This document shows positions 58,910 to 64,000 of a DNA stretch of 64,000 nucleotides, piece after piece. Origin of the DNA: an uncultured Candidatus Bathyarchaeia archaeon (lineage in GTDB: Archaea; Thermoproteota; Bathyarchaeia; 40CM-2-53-6); the NCBI GenBank assembly GCA_964598845.1, contig CAZRDM010000002.1, forward strand, positions 35,428-99,427. Reading direction: 5' to 3'. The translations under genes and the position numbers were made by a program. Below the pieces are notes generated by a model. That model did not search any database. It was not told the origin of the DNA and saw only the letters and a program-made list of their open reading frames with translations. Every line of letters starts with the position of its first letter. Position 1 is the first letter of the stretch.

Positions 58910-60229
58910 GTGAGTCGTTCCAGTTCAGTTCAGGTACAGGCGGCAAGTGACGTTGTCGCGGAGTTGCAGGAATATGGGATCACAAGAAACGAGGCCCGGG
59001 TCCTCGTATTCTTGGCGAAGACAGGCCCCTCGAAAGCAAGCGAGGTGGCCCGGGCAGTTCAGATTAACCGGACCGAAACATACAGGACCATAAGGAACCT
59101 GCAGCGTCGAGGTCTTGTAGAAGCCACGTTAGAGAGACCGGTTCGATTTCAGTCCGTCCCCTTTGACAAGTGCTTACAGGTCCTTATCGACGAGAGAAAG
59201 GCCAAGCTAAGACTTCTTGAACAGCGGGGCGAAACCCTCCGTCGCCAGTTTGAGGAGATACGTGTCGAGCCCTTTGCACGAGAGCTTGAGCGATTTCAGG
59301 TTGTTGAAGGGCGACTCCGAATAGAGCAAAGGCTCCAGAGCATGTATGCGAAGGCGGAGAAATCGGTGATGGGTGTCCTTTCGTCCTCCGAACTTCTGCG
59401 TGCAGATACTTCCGGACTTTTCGATTTGTTGGCACATGGCGCGAGTTTGGGTTTGAGAGTCAGAGTAATCACAGCGATAACAAGATCCAATTTGGATGTT
59501 GTGGAGAAACTTCAAGAGACCTTTGAGGTCAGACACCTCGACCTGAAGGCTAAGCCAATTCCGAGGGTCTCGATCATTGATGACAATGAGGCTCTGTTCG
59601 AAATAACGACGGCTGATGAGACTCCACGTACAGGCGAGGAAGTCGCGCTTTGGATTAACAGTCGGGCCTTCATAAGGAACCTTCAAGCTTACTTTGAGGA
59701 GATGTGGAACTCAGCCACGCCAGCTGAAAGCCGCATCGAAGCTCTGCGCAAGGGAATACCTCCCGATGAGCTTAGAATCTTCAAGGGCAGAGTGGAGGTA
59801 ACTGAGAAACTCAACGAGATGATCTCATCTTCCGATCGGAGTGTGGAGATTTGGACGACCGAACGTGGAATCCAAGCGTTAGCGGATTTTCACTTGGAAC
59901 AACTTAGACAAGCCAAAGCTCGTGGCAGTAAGATCCGAATCATTGCTCCCATCACTAGTGAAAATACAGAGGGTGCCAGAAAACTAGTTCCCGTTTCGGA
60001 ACTTCGCTACTCTGAAGCCCTAGGCCCAGCAGGAATCATGATCCTTGACCAAAGGGAGTTGATGCTATACGAACGACTTCCAGACGACAACAGTAAAGAT
60101 GTCGGAGCCGACGTAGGATTTTGGACTAACAGCACACGTTTCATCGAAACGATGAGTAGACTTTACGATTCGATGTGGAAAGGCGTGTTTGCGATATATG
60201 CTCCCAGACGCAGAGGTCTCCATCGATAG
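58910..60229 (+). CDS. TrmB-like transcriptional regulator (N-terminal wHTH, extended C-terminal domain)
   Basis: The N-terminus GITRNEARVLVFLAKTGPSKASEVARAVQINRTETYRTIRNLQRRGLVE is TrmB-type HTH. 439 aa. Confidence 0.55.
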   Translation: MSRSSSVQVQAASDVVAELQEYGITRNEARVLVFLAKTGPSKASEVARAVQINRTETYRTIRNLQRRGLVEATLERPVRFQSVPFDKCLQVLIDERKAKLRLLEQRGETLRRQFEEIRVEPFARELERFQVVEGRLRIEQRLQSMYAKAEKSVMGVLSSSELLRADTSGLFDLLAHGASLGLRVRVITAITRSNLDVVEKLQETFEVRHLDLKAKPIPRVSIIDDNEALFEITTADETPRTGEEVALWINSRAFIRNLQAYFEEMWNSATPAESRIEALRKGIPPDELRIFKGRVEVTEKLNEMISSSDRSVEIWTTERGIQALADFHLEQLRQAKARGSKIRIIAPITSENTEGARKLVPVSELRYSEALGPAGIMILDQRELMLYERLPDDNSKDVGADVGFWTNSTRFIETMSRLYDSMWKGVFAIYAPRRRGLHR

Positions 60230-60414
60230 TCAGTCAAAGAAGAACCTACGAGATTGCAGCCACTCTACTCGCATTTGACTCTGCTGCAAATGGTCATATC
60301 TCTTGGGGGTCCCGGCTCGTGGTCAACACGGGATTCTCAGAAACACGCACGGCGCAGTCCTCGTTTAGATTCAAACGCGTTACTACCGAACACGAATTCC
60401 CAGCACATTAAAGT

Positions 60415-61518
60415 ATGCTCGACAACGCCCCCCACGTCACACTACTAGAAGCGTTGCTAGGCGAGGTACGGCCTGACATGAAGCGCTCAATGAAGCTCTT
60501 CGAGCGGCTCTTAGATACTGATGTTAAGGCCGACCTTCTGACCCTCTTTCATAACAACGCCAAGTTAGCAGACACACCGGAGGAGCTCGCCAAGAGGATC
60601 GGGCGAAGCTCGACGGAGGTCCAACGTGAACTCGAAGACCTCGTTGAACTGGGAATTCTGAAGAAAAGCGAAGTATATTCTTTTGCGATGGAAAGAGACA
60701 AGGAGATCCAAGATGCCATATCAAAGCAACTTGCCCTAGGAGAGGTAGTAGCACCAGAGTTCGGTCGGCCGGACTTAGCGAGCTCTATTGGAGTTCATGC
60801 GCTGACGACTAAAACTGGACTTGATATTCTGGATGGGATTCTAACCAACGGTCTTCCCGCGAGTTGCACTGTCTTGGTCCTGAGCGATCCCGGAGCAGGA
60901 GAGGAAAACCTCCTAACCCATTTTGTCAGCACACAAATGCAAGCTCGGAGGTCGATCATCTACATAACTCTGGACAATTTCCCGGCAAATATTCGACAAC
61001 TGACACTATCCCGTTTCAGGGAGGAAAGAGTCGATTGGTCCTCGCTCATCATCATCGACTGCTACTCAAAGACTGTCGGAGTAGAGAGTGAGGAACCTTA
61101 CATAGTTGATCCCGAGAACCTCTCAGCAATCAGCATCGCTCTGTCGGATGTAATGACCAAAAGGGCTGTTTCGCTGATGATTCTAGACTCCTTCAACACC
61201 TTGATTCGCAAGAGAGGTATCCGCTCAGCTCTTGAGTTTCTCCGCGTCCTTGTCGCTCGCGCGCGCCAAGCAAAATGCATGTGTCTGATTACTATGAACA
61301 GAAAAGCCTTCCATGTCGCGTATGTTGCATCTGCACAGGATGTCGTCGACGGTGTGATAGAACTCAGGGTTGAGGAAAGCTACGAAGGAATCGCTCGCTC
61401 TCTCCGGGTTCTAAAGATGGTAGGCGCAAGGCATCTGACAACGTGGATCCCATATGAGATCTCAGATGATGGAGTTCTTGTGAAGACTCATCAGAGAAGA
61501 TTACTGGGGACGCCTTAG
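60415..61518 (+). CDS. HTH-fused KaiC/RecA-superfamily-like protein with a degenerate Walker A (probably a non-catalytic ATPase)
   Basis: The N-terminal wHTH is LTLFHNN...PEELAKRIGRSSTEVQRELEDLVELGIL. The RecA-like core has SDPGAGEENL in place of GxxGxGKT, with no lysine. A Walker B-like hhhhD (LMILDS) is retained. Confidence 0.5.
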   Translation: MLDNAPHVTLLEALLGEVRPDMKRSMKLFERLLDTDVKADLLTLFHNNAKLADTPEELAKRIGRSSTEVQRELEDLVELGILKKSEVYSFAMERDKEIQDAISKQLALGEVVAPEFGRPDLASSIGVHALTTKTGLDILDGILTNGLPASCTVLVLSDPGAGEENLLTHFVSTQMQARRSIIYITLDNFPANIRQLTLSRFREERVDWSSLIIIDCYSKTVGVESEEPYIVDPENLSAISIALSDVMTKRAVSLMILDSFNTLIRKRGIRSALEFLRVLVARARQAKCMCLITMNRKAFHVAYVASAQDVVDGVIELRVEESYEGIARSLRVLKMVGARHLTTWIPYEISDDGVLVKTHQRRLLGTP

Positions 61519-62747
61519 CGTCCTTTCTTGACTAGGACCCCAAGCGATAAGCCGGCCAGCAACGAGAGAACCGCGCTCATTAGGAACGGCGTGTGAGCCC
61601 CAAAGAATTCCCAAAGAGCTCCAGCAATAAGTCCGGCTGGCAATGAGGCGATTCCGATTGCCGTGTGTAACATGCCGAAGGCTGTGCCGCGGACTTCTGA
61701 TGGGATCAATTCAGGGATCACCGCTCTCTGAAGCGTGTCAACGATAGCGTAAGAGACCCCATATGCAACAAATAGAGGCACCACCCAAACTACTGAACGT
61801 GCCATCGCGAAACCTACCATCGTTAGGCCGAAAGTGAAGTAGCCGCTCACAATGATCCAAAGCTTATTCGCCCGATCACCGAGCAAACCAAAAGGATAGG
61901 CGGCTAGTGCGTAGGTCACATTGAAAACTAGGTAAAGACCTACTGTAAAGGTTGGTGGAACACCTAGTGATGTCGCCCTCAAGAGAAAGAAAGCGTAGCT
62001 GAAATTTGCTATTGAGAACAACAGTACTATGATGGTGTACAACTTGAACTTCATTGCGAAGTCCACAGAACCGAAGATTGTTCGCTTTGTCGTCATCTTC
62101 GGCTTTCCAGTCTCCTTCACGCCGAGCCCAAGAGGGATTGTCGCAAGAAGTCCCGGAATCAGTGACAGCAAGAAGATCGTGGTATAGTAGGTTTTGGACG
62201 TAATAACCACCGAAAGTGTCAATGCAACAATGGGTCCCAGAATTGCTCCGACCGTGTCCATGGATCTTGTCAAACCGTAGACTTTGCCCAATATTGTTGA
62301 ATTGGCGAAATCTGCGATTAAGGCATCTTTAGGTGCGGTCCTCGTACCTTTGCCAATACGGTCGAGGACACGGACTATGAAGACATCGGCAAGACTTGTG
62401 GCCATCGCGAAGAATGGTTTGCTTAGAGCAGAGAGAGTATAGCCGATTATTGCGATTGGTTTTCTGCGATGCACTCTATCCGACAGCCATCCCGAGGCAA
62501 CCATGAGCAGACTTGTTGTTGCGGCGGCTGCACCTTCAACTCCCCCTATTGAAACCATGTTCAGCCCCAATACGAATGCCATGAATGTCGGCAGAATTCC
62601 GAACACCATCTCACTACTAACATCGGCAAAAAGACTCGTTAGGCCAATGTACCATACTGGTCGTGGGATGCTCTTACTCTCTGGCAATCGCGCGCTGCCT
62701 CGCAGATTGATCAGCCGATTGGCAGATACTGTGGCGAGGTCAGCCAA
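61515..62747 (-). CDS. MFS transporter
   Basis: 12 predicted TM helices with an MFS-like GRLSDRVHRRK motif between TM2 and TM3. Confidence 0.8.
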   Translation of the reverse strand: MADLATVSANRLINLRGSARLPESKSIPRPVWYIGLTSLFADVSSEMVFGILPTFMAFVLGLNMVSIGGVEGAAAATTSLLMVASGWLSDRVHRRKPIAIIGYTLSALSKPFFAMATSLADVFIVRVLDRIGKGTRTAPKDALIADFANSTILGKVYGLTRSMDTVGAILGPIVALTLSVVITSKTYYTTIFLLSLIPGLLATIPLGLGVKETGKPKMTTKRTIFGSVDFAMKFKLYTIIVLLFSIANFSYAFFLLRATSLGVPPTFTVGLYLVFNVTYALAAYPFGLLGDRANKLWIIVSGYFTFGLTMVGFAMARSVVWVVPLFVAYGVSYAIVDTLQRAVIPELIPSEVRGTAFGMLHTAIGIASLPAGLIAGALWEFFGAHTPFLMSAVLSLLAGLSLGVLVKKGR

Positions 62748-63834
62748 TTTCCCTAAGTTTAGCGGGGAGATACTTGTCTACAATGTAAGCTAGTCCGTAA
62801 CGACTAAAAGCCTCCTGCTCTGACTTGCGTTCTACTTTCAGGAATGTTTCGATTTCACGCTTCCAGAGTTTACCTTCGTATCTCGGATCCTTCTGAAGCT
62901 CGTAGAGCCTCTTGATGTCAAGCTCAGTAAGTGGGTCACTGGGCAGCTTGTACTCCACGATATCAGAAGCCCAGACACCAGCCCACTTAGCGTCGGGTGT
63001 GTTGAGCTCTCTGAGATGAGCAGCATTCGCAGAGCCGGAAATAATTACGTTGGCGATGTGCATTCCCCACGGATCTGCGTCGCAGAAAATGTAAACAGTA
63101 AGACCCAGCTCTTGACTCAGCCTTCGGATAAGGGCTCTAGTAGCACGAGGCGCCTGACCTGCCGTGTGGATCAACAGGGCCTTATACTTTTGGTGGACTC
63201 TTTCCTCAATGAAGCGAGTGAAAAGGCCGCCCTTCTCGATGACGATGACCTTGTCTGCCTTGCATCCCACAAACTCCGAGTTTGTGAGGGCGGGGCCAAT
63301 CATCATTCCGTCTGGGTGCGAGGACAGATTGAGTTTCTTTCCTTCATAGCCACGGACAGTGTATTCGATAGTCAGATCTCCAAATATCGCGCTCCGTTCC
63401 TCGGGGAAGACGTTGAAATCTTCTCTGGCGTGTTCAAGGACCGTCTCTAGATCGGTGATTATGTCGTCGCTCTCGGCTTGGTCAGCGAAACTCATCTCGT
63501 AGGCCTGGGCCGAGTAGAAGACATCTCGGAGCGTTGACGTCTTGCCTTCCCTCGTGAGTTGATCGACGAAGGATCCCGTCCAGACAAGCTGTGTTAGGGG
63601 ACGGATGTGCCTGACGTTTCGCGCACTCCGTCGGACGTTGCGATCTCCGAGCACATATTGTCGAGTCTTCTGATCGTAGCAGATATTGTTCAATGAGCGG
63701 CTCGGCATCTTGACCCAAGGCCACTGTCTCTGAGAGAGTTGAGAATAGAGAGTCTCGCCTAAGTGTTTGAGACTGGATAGAACAGACTGTTTCTTCTGTT
63801 CAATCCGACTCGCTGTCTTGCTCTTCTTCCTCAT
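62740..63834 (-). CDS. top6A: DNA topoisomerase VI subunit A (Spo11-like)
   Basis: 5Y-CAP catalytic Tyr region TSTLRDVFY. Toprim motifs KVIVIEKGGLF...IHTAGQAPRATR...YIFCDADPWGMHI. Confidence 0.85.
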   Translation of the reverse strand: MRKKSKTASRIEQKKQSVLSSLKHLGETLYSQLSQRQWPWVKMPSRSLNNICYDQKTRQYVLGDRNVRRSARNVRHIRPLTQLVWTGSFVDQLTREGKTSTLRDVFYSAQAYEMSFADQAESDDIITDLETVLEHAREDFNVFPEERSAIFGDLTIEYTVRGYEGKKLNLSSHPDGMMIGPALTNSEFVGCKADKVIVIEKGGLFTRFIEERVHQKYKALLIHTAGQAPRATRALIRRLSQELGLTVYIFCDADPWGMHIANVIISGSANAAHLRELNTPDAKWAGVWASDIVEYKLPSDPLTELDIKRLYELQKDPRYEGKLWKREIETFLKVERKSEQEAFSRYGLAYIVDKYLPAKLREIG

Positions 63835-64000
63835 GACTCAAAACACTCCTGAGTAACGGGGAAATGTCTGGTGCCTTGGCTTTCCTTGCCAGCTTCGAAG
63901 AGAAGGATGCGATCTTTGGAAGATATTTCTCAAAAACATCTAGTCTACGTCGTTGTTGCGCCAAGTGAACCTTTTTAGAGAGAAATAGGGAGAGCCGACG
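63835..64000 (-). CDS. Partial ORF (3' end) whose stop overlaps the top6A start (ATGA). It is possibly top6B, truncated by the window edge.
   Basis: An open frame on the minus strand ends with TGA overlapping the top6A ATG. Identity was not verified. Confidence 0.3.

Noticed and set aside
1-64000. CRISPR arrays or cas genes
   Set aside because: No repeat-spacer periodicity or Cas-like proteins were seen on either strand.

Overview
This 64-kb window is an archaeal chromosomal segment with moderate GC content. The archaeal assignment rests on the thermosome, TBP, ABCE1, ribosomal protein S8e, SRP19, KEOPS Cgi121, Top6A, SMC/ScpA/ScpB, A-type ATPase subunit I, a presenilin homolog, an archaemetzincin and a split transketolase. 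Most of the window is housekeeping: pstS/pstB/phoU phosphate uptake with an AbrB-PhoU regulator; the thermosome; a PAC2 chaperone, beta-CASP RNase, archaemetzincin and presenilin-like protease cluster; a lamin-tail-domain surface protein; hpt; a t6A cluster (Cgi121, THUMP, TsaC); asparaginase; ABCE1; MTAP; UppS; the smc-scpA-scpB operon; rps8e-srp19; TBP; and a large aromatic and branched-chain amino-acid supercluster (aroB, DAHP synthase, split transketolase, ilvE, leuCD, ilvD, leuA, leuB, ilvC, ilvHB) with two stand-alone RAM-domain proteins. Three things stand out. (1) A CBS-domain protein carries a C-terminal domain that looks like a bacterial ribosome hibernation factor (HPF/RaiA). (2) A P-type ATPase gene is bracketed by 26-bp near-identical direct repeats derived from the 3' end of an intron-containing tRNA, which is an att-like signature of an integrated element with no integrase. 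(3) Three decayed genes are readable in the sequence: moeA with an in-frame TAG, a frameshift and a deletion; a GPN-loop GTPase with at least two frameshifts and two stops; and a thioredoxin. Other candidates are a second tRNA-like locus with apparent non-canonical introns and an encoded CCA, a ~160-nt strongly structured intergenic RNA, an orphan atpI, and a TrmB-like regulator paired with a KaiC-like protein whose Walker A motif is degenerate. No CRISPR array was seen. All domain calls come from reading the translations; no database search was run.
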